Source of the DNA: Lama guanicoe
Taxonomy: Eukaryota
Length of the DNA stretch: 64,000 nucleotides
Direction of reading: 5' to 3'
Assembly (NCBI GenBank): GCA_013239625.1
Contig: MU054323.1
Span: 14,307,950 to 14,371,949, forward strand
Numbering within the stretch: the stretch's first letter is position 1; each line of letters begins with the position of its first letter. The notes under the pieces were generated by a model. That model worked only from the letters and a program-made list of their open reading frames with translations, did not search any database and was not told the origin of the DNA. This document shows positions 12,960 to 27,299 of the stretch, one piece after another. Made by a program: the position numbers and the translations under genes.

Positions 12960-14550
12960 AAAATAGTAGTTAAGATTTCCCCTTTATAAACAAACAAGCA
13001 AGCAAACAAAACAAAACAAAACAAAAGCCAGGGTAGAAGGTTTTGAAGGGAGTTCATATAAATTTTCAAACAATATTAAATTCCTACCTTATATCAGTTA
13101 TCCCACAAAATAGAATAAGAGCTCAAGGGAACTCAGTTCATTTTATGAGGATAGTGTACTCTTGATTACAGTAAAGGTAATGACAAAATAAGAAAAGTAT
13201 AGACCCATTTCACATAGGAATATATATTACATTTTAAATAATACATAAACTTACCAAGGCCTAGCCTTATTTAGTTACATGATTATGAATACAAAACAAG
13301 TTTAGTATCAGGAAAAAAATCAGTTATATTCAACCTATTAAAAGTAAAAATGATTTTGATTATCTCTATTAATTATAAAAAGATTCAATAAATGAAGACT
13401 ATAAAGAAGCTACCTTAACTTGATAAAAGTTGTACACCAAAACCAATAGCAAATATTATGCTTTATCTATTTGAGATATATTTAGATCTTTTAAGATCAT
13501 GAACATAGCCATATTTAACATAGTACTGGAAGTTCTGCCTAATGCTAAAAAAAAAAAAAAAGAATTAGGATTTGTAAGGATTAGAATAGAAAATACACAA
13601 CTGTCATCATATGTAGTTCTTTAATCATCTACCCAGGGGAAAACAAACAATAAAATATGCACACAAACTATAAGAAAAAAATGAGTCTTGTAAGTTGCCA
13701 AGACACACAATCAGCCTGCAAAAGGCAACAGCATGCATCAACACCAGAAATAATTAAATGAAGGGAGGCAATTCTCTGTGGTTCTCCCAAATCTTGTGAT
13801 CAGAAGCATTGTCTGTCTTTGATCCAGATTATCTTTTCAAGGATGTTTGTATTCAAAGTAAGGACAGACAGTTATTTTCCAGTATGAAAGTTTGGTTTTT
13901 CTAAGCACAGAGTTCTTCTTTTGTAATAACTCCTGTCACATGTGTGGGCATCATCTAGCCCTCTTCACAAATACTAATATTCTGGTAAATGTTATTGTTG
14001 TGACTAATAAATTACCATTTATCTCTGAACCAGGAATCATGTCTCCTGCCACCATCCATGAAACTGTGATAGCCTAACTTATTAGCTTGCAAATCGAGTA
14101 AAAATCTTAGACCTTTCACAGTTCTTGACAGTGCACTAGAAAATAGAATATAAAATAGGACACCATCACACTAGCAACAAAATCTTTAATTCATATAGTA
14201 ATTTTCTTTATCTTGAGAGCAATATTGAAAAGTGTATAGAAATAATTAAGGGTATAAAAGAAGATTTTAATTTTTCAAGAGACATTTCATGGTTTCGGGA
14301 AAAAAGGATTACTATTACAAATGAGTCAGTTGTCCTTAAATTAATCTATAACTCTGATACAAAGCAATGACATTTGCAATTTGATATTTAGATAAACTTA
14401 AACTTTTCTACAGCATATATGGAAGAATAATTTATGAATAGCTAAGCTAGCCTTACATAAGTAAGAGTACAGCAGAGGTATTTGTCCTAACAGAATTTTT
14501 AAAAATATTACAAAACATGGTTGTACATATGGTATGATATTGGCTCACTA
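12960..14550 (+). mobile_element. Old, degenerate L1 ORF2 interrupted by an LTR
   Basis: A-rich L1-like motifs such as TTTAACATAGTACTGGAAGTTCTG and CCTTAAATTAATCTATAA. Confidence 0.65.
13759..14130 (+). mobile_element. Solo ERVL LTR (MER54-like)
   Basis: TG...CA ends, TATCTTTTCAAGGATGTTTGTA, AATAAA, and the end AGACCTTTCACAGTTCTTGACA. Confidence 0.75.
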
Positions 14551-15399
14551 ACAATGGCTCAAATTAATGTGCTTATAACTTAAAAATTGTCAATGAATTT
14601 TATATATTTTTTGACAGTGTAAACCAGTACTATTCTGTAGCCTTTTAGACTTACTTGGTATGCAAAAAATATGTGTTATCTCATGAAAATTTAACCAGGG
14701 GAAAAATGCCCAAGCTATGCCAGTGCCAGGTTATCTTAATAATATGAATAGAAATAACAAAATTTCCTTAAAAAAGTGATTTTTATGAGTAAAGGAATAT
14801 GCAAATTATAAAACATTGGCTCTTTCTTAAAAGCAGATTTTCCCACGAGTCTGCATTTAAGTTGAATTCACTGTTCTGAAGGACGAACAGCTGATTTACT
14901 CCAAAGAGTGTCCCTTAAATCTCTGAGGTTAACATGAAACTTGGTAAATTGATAGCGTAGAACCTAGGGAAAGATTAGAATATAAATAGAGGACCTCAAA
15001 CTTTACTGCTGACTTTGAAATTTGGAAATAATATTTGTGACATTATTATAAAGCTCTTGCTTTTTCAGTGACAAATTATTTGTCATGAGGGGTTGTAATC
15101 ACTGGACCACATTTTATATTGTATTGATTACGCAAACATGAGATCTGGCCACAATTCTACTATAAATTTTCCTGCAACCTTTTCTGCTAGTTCATACAGT
15201 GCTTTAAATGTCTTTGTGGACAACAGTAAGAGGGGGGAAAAATAGTAGCATAAGAGAGTGTATTTGATTTAACATACAAAGTATAAAATAATTATATCAC
15301 CCTGATTCTTTGAATCCATTTAATGACACATAAGACTATGACAAATGTGTTATTTACTATATAATTCATCCACGATTAAAGAGAATATCAGCTCTAAAA

Positions 15400-15972
15400 C
15401 TCCAGAACTTGCCTCACTCTTAAGCTAGGCCTTGGTATTAGGATCTTACCTGGCACCTACAGCTTGACCATTGTGTTCTCCTGTTGGATATAAGTGATCT
15501 TACAGAATATCAATTTCAGAAAAGTTTGCTGTGTGACTATGATGAAGTGAGATAAAAACAACAACAATTCATGCTGTTAACTAAGTAAAAAGGAAGACAG
15601 TATGACTTTGCAAACCCTAAGATATGAAAACATCCCCCTAGCCCAGCTAGTATGAACAACTACTACTTCTTTACCAACTAACTGCTTTAGCCTTGCTCTA
15701 GCCTTCTTTCTTGTCAAATAAGATTTATTTTCACCTGATCATAGAATTACGCTCCCGAGAGCATCCAGTTCAGACCAAAGCCTTGCTTGTTTGAATCCTC
15801 CCCCAAATCACCTAAGCAAAGCCCAAATCCTGCACTGTCTTTTGTTAACATGCTCTTACTGAGATATCCCATGCTTCTCTATGGTGTGTATTCTCTCTCC
15901 TGGTAATGTATAATAAACCCAACTCTTTCTACTAGTTTATTTCTGGATATCTTTTTTTGGAGGACATTGTGA
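15400..15972 (+). mobile_element. Solo ERV1 LTR (MER67/MER31-like)
   Basis: CTTCTTTACCAAC..GCTTTAGCC, CCCCAAATCACCTAA, CTCTTACTGAGA, AATAAACCCAAC. Confidence 0.7.
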
Positions 15973-16409
15973 CCTATTTATTGTAAACTTGGTTTATGTC
16001 TTTAAAAAAAAACAAACAACAAAAACAAAATCAAACCTGATGAAATAACGTTATCAAATAACAGTATTAACTAATACTTATCAAGGTATATAATCAACTT
16101 CAGAACTCATACCTAGCTATTAACTTGAGTTCCAGTCAGTTTTGAGCATGTTGTTTTTAGCATACTTCAACATTCTCACTCTTTAGGCACCAGGAAATTT
16201 CACTTGAAGACAAAAATATAATTCTACATATAATTCTCAAAACCACTTTTTAAAAAGTATTGAAGACAATAAAAAGAAATCCTAAGATTAAAAAAAAGAT
16301 TGTTGATATTTTATCCTATCTAGAAAAGAGCTTGTCTTAAACAGTATTGCTAATAAACTCTTTCATAAAACATTAATGATTCCCAGTTAATTACCTATTA
16401 ATTAATACT

Positions 16410-18500
16410 GATTCTTCACAAATTTTTCCAAAATATATAAGGCAGAGGCATACTTTCTAAATTATTTTATGGTGCTAATACTACCTTAATATTAAAACCA
16501 GATAAAGATATCATGAGATAAGAAAACTGGACCAATATCTATAGATATGTAAAAATCCTCAACAAAATACTAACAAACCAAATCTAGTAAGATATAAAAA
16601 ATTTTACACACCATGCTATGTAGTATGTATCACAGGAATGCAAGGTTAGTTTAACATCCAAAAATTAATTGACTAATATATCATGACTATAGAATTAAAA
16701 AAAAAATACATGATCATCTCAACAGACACAGAAAACAATGTGACAAAATCCAACACCTTTTCATGATAAAACACCCATACACACACACACCAAAAAACTA
16801 GAAATAGAAGAGGAATTTCTCAACATCATAAAGTGTACCTACTAAAATGCCAGTTAACCTCATATTCAATGGTGAAAGACCAAGATTAAGAATGAGACAA
16901 GGATGTGAACTCTTGCCACTTCTATTCAACATTGTGCAGGAGATTCTAGCCTGGGCAACTAGGCAAGAAAAAGAAATAAAAAGCCTCCAAATTAGAAAGA
17001 ACTAAAATTATTTCTATTGCAGATGGCATGAAAATAATCCAGTAAACACCTGTAAAAACTAATCAGTGATTTTAACAAAGTTTCAGTATATAAGATCATT
17101 ATACAAAAAAATCTATTGAATTTTTATACACTTTTAATAAACAATCTAAAAATTAAATTAAGAAAATGAATGGGCCATGGGGAAACTGTGAGACTGTCAG
17201 GAGTGGCTGCCACTCCTTCCTGGAGTCTGTCCCAAGGCTGGGTCATCACAGCCAGAAGGCAGCAATGACCTGGGAACTCCAGGGCCACAGGCTTCTACAT
17301 GCAGAGTGTTTCAGTACTAAAGAACCTTCCAGGAGAGTCAGGCAGGGAGCCAGGATGGCAACCCAGGCATGGGAAACCAACTGTGGAAGAACAGAGCTTG
17401 TCCATGTCCATGATGGAGGCAGCCACCTCTCAGGAAGGAACTGTATAGACACTGAAGACCCCTGACCAGTCATTAAAAAAAAAAAAAAAGTTAAGAAAAC
17501 AGTTCAATTTATGTTAGCATTAGAAAGAATAAGATACTTAGAAAAAATTTTAACAAAAGAAGTGAAAGTTTATACAACTGTAAATCATTGTTGAAATAAA
17601 TTTTTAAAAATCTAAAGAAGTGGGAAAACATGCTTAGTTTAATGGATTAGGAGACTTAACATTGTTAATATGGCAAAACTCTGTGGATATGTTGAAATCC
17701 CTATCAGAATTCCAGCTGTCTTCTTTGTATAGATTGAAAAGATGATTCTAAAATTCGCATGGAATTACAAGGGACCCAGAAGAGCCAAAACAATCTTTTT
17801 TTTTTTTTCCAAAACAATCTTGAAAAAAAAAAAAAAAGAACAAAGTGGGAAAACTCAGAGTTCCTGATTTCAAAACTTACTACACAGCAACAATGATTAA
17901 TACGTCATAGTACTTGCTCAAGGATAGACATATAGATCAATGGAATAGAATTGAGAGTCTGCACACAACCCATATTTCTATAGCTAGTTGATTTTTGACA
18001 ACAATGTCAAGACTATCAATAGGCAAAGAATAGTATTTTTAACAAATGCTACTGAGGTAACTGAATAGCCACATACAAAGGAGTCAAGTTGGACTTTTAC
18101 CTCACAGCGTATGCAAACATTAACTCAAAATGGATAAAAGACATAAATGTAAGAACCAAAACTGTAAAACTCTTAGAAGAAAATAAAGGTAAATCTTTGT
18201 GACCTTGGATTTAGCAAAGAGTTCTTAGATATGACACTAAATCACAAGCAACAAAAGAAAAAATACATAATTTAAAAATACATAAATTGAACTTCATCAA
18301 AATTGAAATCTTTCTGCTTCAAAGGACACTATCAAGAAAGTTAAAATACATACCACAGAATGGGAGAAAATATTTGCAGGTCCTGATAAGGAACCTGTAT
18401 CCAGAATATTAAAGAACACTTAAACTCAACAACAGAAAGACAAATAACCCAATTTAAAAAATTGGCAAATGATCTGAATGGTCATGTATCCAAAGAATTC
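16410..18500 (+). mobile_element. L1M ORF2 (RT to C-terminal region), degenerate, containing a retrocopy insertion
   Basis: AAAATCCTCAACAAAATACTA, CACTTCTATTCAACATTGTG, GATAGACATATAGATCAATGGAATAGAATTGAGAGT, ACAGAATGGGAGAAAATATTTGCA. Confidence 0.92.
17167..17489 (+). pseudogene. Unidentified GC-rich poly(A)-tailed retrocopy
   Basis: About 320 bp of GC-rich non-L1 sequence, an A15 tail, and TSD TTAAGAAAA at 17158-17166 and 17491-17499. The host L1 resumes in register afterwards. Confidence 0.7.
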
Positions 18501-18539
18501 ATGAATTTATGTTTACCTAATGAATAACATAAATGTCAT

Positions 18540-18830
18540 CATAGAAACATAAATTTGGGCAAAAGAAACCACAGAATAATACATATGTTATGATTTTACT
18601 TTTATACAAAAACAGACTATCTTGTACTATGGCAAGAGAAGTCAAGACAATGGGTAGCCTTAGTGGGGCAGAAACTGGAAGGCTGCACAGGTCTTCTCTG
18701 AGTGCTGCTAATTTCTTTTTTCTCAATGTTGGTGCTGCTATAGAGATGTTTATGTTATGAAAATTCATTGAGATTCACATTTATAATATGAGCACTTAAC
18801 TGCGTATGTCTTCGCTTCAGTAAGAGCATT
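18540..18830 (+). mobile_element. Old L1ME-type 3' UTR
   Basis: ACAGAATAATACATATG...GAAGTCAAGA...GAAAATTCATTGAG..CACATTTATAATATG. Confidence 0.6.
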
Positions 18831-20699
18831 ACAAGTGGATGCTGACAGTTTTTTAAGGATTTTATGAGTTAAGCTTGAGAAACACCAATATATATATCGG
18901 TGTGTTTTTCATATGGTTGTCTTTTGATTATGTGTTTTTGTTTTCTTAAGTTTACATTACTCCATATTCTAGAAAGGACTGAAATTGGGTGTAAGAGGAT
19001 TAACAAAAGTAGAACAAGATGGGTGAAAAAGAAGAAGGAAAGAAAAATAGAGGTAGAAAATAGAAACATATGATCATAATTATTACCTGTATTTATAGGT
19101 GATTTGCATTTCTTTCATCAGCCTTTGTCTTTTTTTGCATGCCTCATTAACTATCTTTATCTTTTATTCAGCTCCGTGTATAGATAATCATGAAAGTAAA
19201 GCAGGCATCCTTAATCTGTTCACTGTTAGAATGTTAGTTATTTTATATTTGTCCAAGTAAAATCCAGAGAATATCCTTTGAGAGGCTCCAAGGGGGACAG
19301 TGTGAGTCCCTAGTGAGTGGAGAGGTCCTGAGAGAGGATGTCACCCCTTACCCTGCAACACACTGCAGTTTGGCACCCTGTCTTGCTTTCTAAGCCCCAC
19401 AGCCCTTGCCTGTACCATCAACATTGGTATTTATTAAATATCATCTGGGTACAATAAGAAAGTTGTCCAGATTTGTTCCACTTGCCAATTTTTGTTACTA
19501 TCATGAGTCTCAAGTAATATTCTATTAAAGAAAACCTCATCAAAATGGTGCTGGTATCTTAGGCTGCTAAATTGTGATTTCTTTCTTTCTGGGCTAGAAG
19601 TTTATGGTTTCTGCTGCTGTAACTTCAGAGCTAAGTCAACTTAGAAAAGATTATGTATGTGGTCAAGGCTCATTTTCAGAGGACATCTATTATTCAAATA
19701 AAAAAATGAAGGAATGGTGACTTGAAACACTCCTCTGTCATAGGCTGCATGTGGGCAGAATTCAGCTATAAATTTCCATGAAGCTAGGTCATCACTATGT
19801 TCAGTCTTCATTTATGGTTCTGTTCATTTCTTTAGTTCATCTGTAGACTACCACTCTAAGGTAGATGAACAAGTACATTTACTCTTGTTTGTTGTTAATA
19901 ATGTTAGTAGCTACATGTCAATTCAACTGTTGGTTTCTCTTCTCTTCTCTCTGTGTTAAGCCATATGCTGGATACCATGAGAAGATTTTTAAGACCTCTG
20001 CTTTTAAATAACTTGCATTCTCATCGGGCACCTATGGTACTTGTACAAAAACTATAAAATATGACAGAGTTCACATCAATCCTTGCCCTACAAGTGCTAG
20101 CTCAGTAGCAAGGACTGCTTTCTTTGAAAACCATATGTTAAGACAGCATGATCAACTTGACAGCTTACATTCTCACTGTCTAGGTAAAATGTACCATGTG
20201 ATTGACACAGGGATTTTGCTGGTGGACAAGTGAGCCATGATTGAAGGCTTCCTTGCTTTCAAAATTTGCTTTGTATTTGCTTGTGCTCAATTTTATTTTT
20301 TATCCTGTTTTGTGGATTTCCTGATCTCTTACCTCAGTCTAGAGCTGCTGTGAAATACATTCATAAGCAGGCATCCAAGCTCTGAGAAGCAAGACAAATG
20401 ATTGCTCTGTGATTCGACTCGTTTGAGGACACAGATGAAACTGTGCTTGCTATTGTCTTTTTCAAGACAGTTCAATTATTATTAACATTTGAGGGAGACG
20501 TGTTTTTATAGTTTGCTTAAAAATAGCTGTGACATATAGATAAGACTGAAAGGATATTCCAGAAACTTTCACTGTCAGTAGACTCATCTTTAAACAGAGA
20601 AGAAGAATTAAAAATATTTCAATAGTGGGACTTTTTTAATTAAAAAAATATGTTAGATAAGATCCTTTATTTACTCCTTTGTGGTTCAAAGGACTCTAA

Positions 20700-21930
20700 A
20701 CATAGATTTGAAAGGCTTCTGTTCTTGATTTCGCCACTGACAACATGATATAAAATTGGCATTTAACCCTTTTGGGCTTAAGTTTCCTCATTAAAAAATT
20801 AAGGGCTTGGAGTAGATTATTTTTAAAGTATAATTTCTGCTCTTCTTCTACATTATTGTTTATTCATAACCTAATGTGCACTGAAGTAGGCTTAACTCAC
20901 TTGACTCTCCTTATGATCCTAGGAAAAGGGCTTTACTAGCATCTCCATTTTACAGATAAACTGTGGCAGAGACGGGGTAAACATCTTGTTCAGAGTAACA
21001 CAGCTAGGCAGTGACAGAGCCAGAAATGTAACTGGTTCTCTGTGATTCCAGAGTCCCTTGTGATTCTCCTCCATTATATAACCTTAATTTTATGGGAGGC
21101 ATATACTTTACATGTATTCATTTTGGAGCTGGCCTGCAGAGGCAAAACCTAGCTCTGCTAATTACCCACCATACATCTCACGAGTTACTTACTCTGTGTC
21201 TCAGTTTCATAGTCTGTAGAAGGGGGTAATAATTGTTTCTTCTTTGTAAGACTGTTATGAGCTTGGAAATAGTATGCATAAATACTTAGGACAATGTCTG
21301 ATACAATAAGCACTCCTTTATTGTTACCCACCATTCTTTTTATCCTTACTCTTCACCAAAAGGAGAGCCATGTGATTAAAATCAGCCTGTGTATACACGT
21401 GGTTTGAGTGCATCAGATTCATCTCTGTTTACAGCTATTTGCTTTGCATGACAAAATATTACAGTTCTTGTTTTAAACTGGAACTCCTTAAGTCAAACGG
21501 AATTTAATTCATCCCATAATAACCTTGCCCATTTAATTTGGAAATTAAAATGAGAAATCTCTTCATGCTATACTTGACTTTACAGGGCTTCTAATTCCTA
21601 GCAGTTACATGGCAATGTCTGTTTTCATGATGAATCATTTATGAGTAGACATTCAATTGGATGGCAACCCTTGGTGAGACCCATTTCAGTGCAGATTGTA
21701 TAGCATGCCCAGTGTGTGCACACGTATATACAGTCAACTGGAATTAGATTCAGAACCTGTGCTACAGTCGTAACTCTGCTAACCCTTGATAATAAAGTAG
21801 AAAAAAATCTTTTAATTTCTGTGGGGTTAAATTTCTTCATCAGTAAATTAAACATAATACATATTCCTTTATTTGGAACTATTTTGAGGATCAAATGTGA
21901 TAAAATCTGTATATAGTACTCTGTAAAATT
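20700..21930. mobile_element. Cluster of MIR fragments (about 20700-20830 +, 20890-21060 -, 21120-21330 +, 21750-21930 +)
   Basis: MIR cores such as CCATTTTACAGATAAACTGTGGCAGAGA and CTCTGTGTCTCAGTTTCATAGTCTGTAGAAGGGG. Confidence 0.7.
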
Positions 21931-22228
21931 CAAACTTCTCTTCAAAACTTTATTATTGAAACTTACTGTACATTTTTTTAAACTATGCTTTAAATTCATC
22001 CTGATTTGGCGATGCCCTTTCATACTCAGTTTCTGAATCTGAGTGCTCATATTACTGTGCTCATTTCTTATAAGCGGTCAGATACTTTAATGTTCCAGGG
22101 CTACACAGATTATCTTCTCCAATAGAGGTTTGCTGCAAGGACCCACAAGAATGAGAGCAAAGGGGAGTCATCGCACAAATTACACCCTCCTCTCATCCTA
22201 GTTGTTCTAGAATGTGTAATCCACTTAC

Positions 22229-22316
22229 AATAATCCAGTAATACCCGGTGGCCGATCTTTCCCGTGCTCACTGAACATTCCAAAAGACGGTATAAACCGG
22301 CTGCCTCTCTGTTCAT
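22229..22316 (-). other. Candidate alternative first (coding) exon, unverified
   Basis: gccATG in Kozak context, 29 codons MNREAAGLYRLLECSVSTGKIGHRVLLDY plus 1 nt, then a GTAAGT donor. Local CpG cluster and upstream CCAAT boxes. Confidence 0.3.
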
Positions 22317-25300
22317 GGCACTTCTATCAGGTAGGATTTGCCCCTTAGCAATCAATATCAGCTTGCATACTGTGATTCCCAGCTTATGCACCTGCCCCCA
22401 ACCAAACCCAGTGTAGCTAAGATCACAAGATTGGTTTCTCCTGTAGAGCACGGTGTACCAGTTTTAGCAGCTTATCCAAAAGAGCAACCATTGGCCACTT
22501 TCTTTTAAGTGAGTGTGCATCCAAGGCTTGAAGATCATGGATTAGTTCTTCAGTTTAGCTGGTATACTCATTTTGAGGTGTATTTTTCTGAATCATGTTC
22601 CTTAACATTATCCCTTAATTCTACTAACCATTTTTTCAGCACTGTACTTTAAAACAAACTAGCACACCAAATTTGATTGGGCAGTTAAAAACAGTTTTGC
22701 TACATTTTCTTTTGATGCTGAATTACCAAAATATCTAAAAGAACTTTGGGAGGTATTAAGCTTTATGGCTACTAGCCAATAACAAACTTACGGAACCATA
22801 GAGATTTCAGGATAACCTGGACCCAGATTTTTGTCCCACCAAGTTCAACTGGAGGATTTTATGAAAAGAGAGAAGATAGCTACTGGCCATAGGCCCACGT
22901 GCCACTCATCATTGCAGCATATTTTTTCTCCTTTTCACTACATTTTAGCATTTAATGCATTGCAGTCACTGAGCCTGAAGCTGATACCAGAGGGGTTTTT
23001 CTCTTAAATATGTATAGACCGTCTTTGTATAGAATTCAAAGGTCATTCAAGGTTGAGGCTTATGTATTTATGTATTGCAACCATTCTTTCTTTCTAGATA
23101 TGACTGCTTTGTTTCAGTTTTATTTGGTTGCCTTTTTTCTGACTTTGACTGATTTCGCTATTTTAGAATTAATTATTTTTAAATGCAGTCCTGGGTGAAA
23201 TTCTAAAAGGAGGACATACTGAGAAGCATAAAATCATCAAATGCTTATACTATGGACCAAATATAATTACTCAGCTTGGGATACAGCCAGAGACATTTGG
23301 TATTGAAATTTTAATGTCAAGTGGCAAGAGAGTTCCATCTACTTGCATTTGAAAAGTTCACGAGCATGTGTCAATCATCATATCTCTTTTTAGAAATAAC
23401 ATGACAGTGTTTCAGTTTGTTTTTCCAATTATTTCTTCTCCATCATTATATTCTCACCATAATTCTACTGCAAATATATGGATATGATCTCTATTCAAGA
23501 GCTGTTTGTTGGTTGTCTAAAAATTTCTGGAAAGGATAGAGATTGTGATTTAATTCGATTTTAGTCCATTGTAATAGTAGCATGCTTCTAATTGTCATAT
23601 TTTTCAAGAGCAAGTTAAAAAAACACATTTTATGGACTGAAAACAAATTTTATTGACCATTAAATTTTATAAGCTAGTTTCGAGGTAGCACCTTACATAT
23701 TCAGATATGTTGCTTCACTTTTTGTTTACAGATAATTTTATCACTGCATGGTTTTGGAAAAATAGTGAAAACTTTTGGATGGATCATTTACCTAAAGGCA
23801 CTTAGGGAATGTTTAAATGGAACTAATGTTTATATGGTTATAATGTATGTTTTATTGACTTTATAAAATTCATTTAAAAGTCAGTAGGTAATGAGAACTT
23901 TATTTTAGAAATGCACATTTAATCTGGTAAACATTAAAATGAAATATTATTGTTTTGAGTGTTAGGATTGAGTGACTATTATGTAAATCCTAAATAATGT
24001 TATCTTTTTACTAACATTCAACCTTACTACGGGGGAGAAATTCTAGATTATATGATTGAGTCTGTCTCAATCATCATCTTATATAGTCCAGATTTGCCAC
24101 CTCCAAGCTGAGGCTGCAAAGATTTGTCCAGTGCCTATTCCCTGGTTCTCAGTCTGGAACCATGGATACTTTCCAACCATCCCACTTACCTCAAATGGCA
24201 CTGTTCCCCTGGGGCTTATTTCAGAGTCCACCCTGCATCCATTCTTGCTGCTGACCCTGAATACTTTGTCCTAGTATCTTTCTCTAGGCTTTATTGCTCT
24301 TATGGCCACACCTATCACTGTCTCGAGTGGCTTGGTAAAATTATGGAAGAAAATAAATAGCTATGGAAATCAATTTGGAGAAGGCCTAACTCATCAGTTT
24401 TCCAGACATACCAGATGTATATGAATTATAATTTAGGCTTGAGCAGAGAAAGCTACCTGCTACTGTTTCCGAAGAATTATTAACCAATCTAATGGCAGGC
24501 GATACGATATTATATACCACACAAATAGATAATGGTCCTTACCAGGCCTATTTGAAATTATTCTGAGTGCCTAGTACATTTTATTGTTCATATGTGATAA
24601 ATCTTTGCTGAATGAGTCAATAAAAATCTTCTGAAACTGTTAAGGCCAGCACTACAATGCACATACACAAATGTATATCAGTTATTTACTCATTCAACAG
24701 ACATTTAATAAGGACAAATTTTATGTCTGCTGCTATATGCAGATCATGTTATTGAATCATGACTATAAAGCTTAAGGAAGGTAACAGACTCAAAGTCACA
24801 TAGCTAAGTTATCAGTCAGATTACTAACACAGATTTGTTTGACATCAAATCCCATGCCTATTTCACCATATTTCATTTTATTTTACATCTCCTAGAGATG
24901 TACAAAAACAGCAGAGTAATGAAATTATTGAGAATGAGAATGGTTAACACCCATTCATTCCTTTTAATGTGTTAGGCATGTAGCAGTGTTTTACGTTATT
25001 TATGTTATTTAATATTCACAACAATATTCTGTAATAAATATTGCTCCTATAATGCAGATGCAAAAAATGAATTTCAAGGACTCAAATCAAATGCTCAGAA
25101 CTAAATTTTATACCCTGACTGTCTTACTTTAAACTATATGGTGCTGGAGGGGCTGGGGTAAATGTGAGTAGGATAAAGAAAGGACTACTAAAATGAAGTC
25201 TGGAATAAATTACTTACAAAGAAAGGTTTTAGGCAGGATAAGTGCATAAACTGAGAGAGCTCGTAGAGTTTATCTGAAAGAGTGCCAAATCTAGATAGAG

Positions 25301-27299
25301 TTAGAAGAAAGAAGTACTCAAGCACACCTTGATAAATCGGAGCAAGGTTTTAAGGGGGAAGTTAGATTGTGGAACTATGAATAGAAGATTAACTCTTGGG
25401 AAGATTAAAAGAGGGAATTTGGGTAACTAGACTTCCAGTACTATGGAAAATCCTCTAAGGCAGAAGGGAAATGAATAGATAAACACATTTGTGATTACTT
25501 TTTGTCAGAAAGTTGGCTAGAACTACAGGTAAGGAATAAGGAGTCTAAATGAGGGAATTCAGAGATAGGTAATGATTTTTTGAGGGGTTTTACAGACAAT
25601 AGGACCTTACAGAACACTTCAAAGAAAAAGTCATGCACTTTAACACATACAATCACTTTTATTGGTATAACTAAATGCTGTTATTGTAAACAATAGAAGA
25701 ATTTCAAACACTTCCTACATTTTTCCAATATGTAGCTTAGGTAGGTGTAGAAAAGACAAAAGAAAGCAGATGTGTATGGGTTAATTTCAATTTATTTATT
25801 TGATTAGTATTTCTAACTTAAGTTGACATCAAAATAGAGGAGCAAATTCTTCTCTTTGTGTAGAAATAGATCTCATTGTAAAGGTTAATAACTTAGAAAA
25901 TACGGTAGCAATTTTCTTCAGTATTGGCTTGATGTTAAATGGAAAAATATTCTACTACTGCTAACTTTGAAGTTTATCACTATAACCATTTGAGTGCCAT
26001 CGAGCTAAATAAAAGGATCTTAGCAAATTTTTATAATGAGAATTTTCTTATTCATATTACTTACCATAAAAATGATAACACTTGAGAAAGCTTCTTTTGA
26101 GAGGTCATTTGCAAATATAAACACATTTTCTAAAGATAAGGCAGAGTGGCTTTTCTGTTCTAAAGATCCTTATATTTCAATTCAGCATTGAAACTTCCAC
26201 AGAGATTATACAAGCAATGTCAACTTTGAAATACCACCAATATTGTCAACTTTGTTAAGATATGGGGGTTGAGTAGAATAAACAACATTGTTCTGAAAGA
26301 GTCTGCGGTAGGACTAGAATAAACTTTTAAAATCTGTATGCTTGGTTTCAATTCTAACTTCTTTTTAAACTTAAGCATCATTTTTCTTCAGTAAATGCAA
26401 GATTTTCTAAAATCCCAAGATCTGACTGGCACTATTTTAAAACATTTGTAACATATATCTTCATCTTTCCCCACAGTTTCACTTAAAAAAAATTACATTA
26501 CAGCTTTGATTACAGAAAGTATTGGTTAACCAAATTGCAAGATATTTCAAAAGAGTTTTATATCCGGTATTCACCTTCTATGGAAGACTTCATCCAAATG
26601 GGTCATTAGACCTAGAATGGATGGGTGTAATACCCAGAGGGGATCATCAAGCCTTCCTCATTGAAGCCCACCAAGGGAGAACCCAAGGGGTAACCTACAT
26701 GTAATTCCACGTATCTAATGTGTAATCAAGATCTGTCTCATGGCAGTCAGGTAGCTCAAGTTCATCACCACAGGTTCCATCAGCCAACCCTCTACACAGT
26801 CACCCATAATAAAACATGGCCTCCAAGCAAATACCAAGTACTTGTTGTGGAAATACAGCCTCAAGAAATATTCCTTAGCCTTGTGTTTCAACTGGAGTAC
26901 TACCTATAAGCTTCCGCTATATAGAAATTTTGAAGTTTCTAGAGATTTTAAGTACATATATATTTTTATATATATACATATATATCATCTTAAACACTTT
27001 TGTTATAATATATAATACATTCACTTCTGGTTATCATCTCTAAAGATTGAAACTACTACTCAGGTAAATCATACATATTTATAAGTTACGTGTGGCCCTT
27101 CTAAGCGACCCCAGTCGATGTCCACTCCCTCAGGCAAGTGGAGTCATCACAGTTCTGTCAATTTATGCATAGAGGTCCTATTAACTAAATCTTTAATCTA
27201 TTTAGTTTCTTTTTCTAGACTTTATTTTATTTCCCCCCTCCTTTGGATTTTGTGGCACTACTTTCCTTGCTTTCCTAACTTTTACAGATACTGTGTAGT

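Noticed and set aside
21625..22050. 141-aa ORF
   Set aside because: It crosses a MIR fragment, has AT-driven composition and no recognisable domain.
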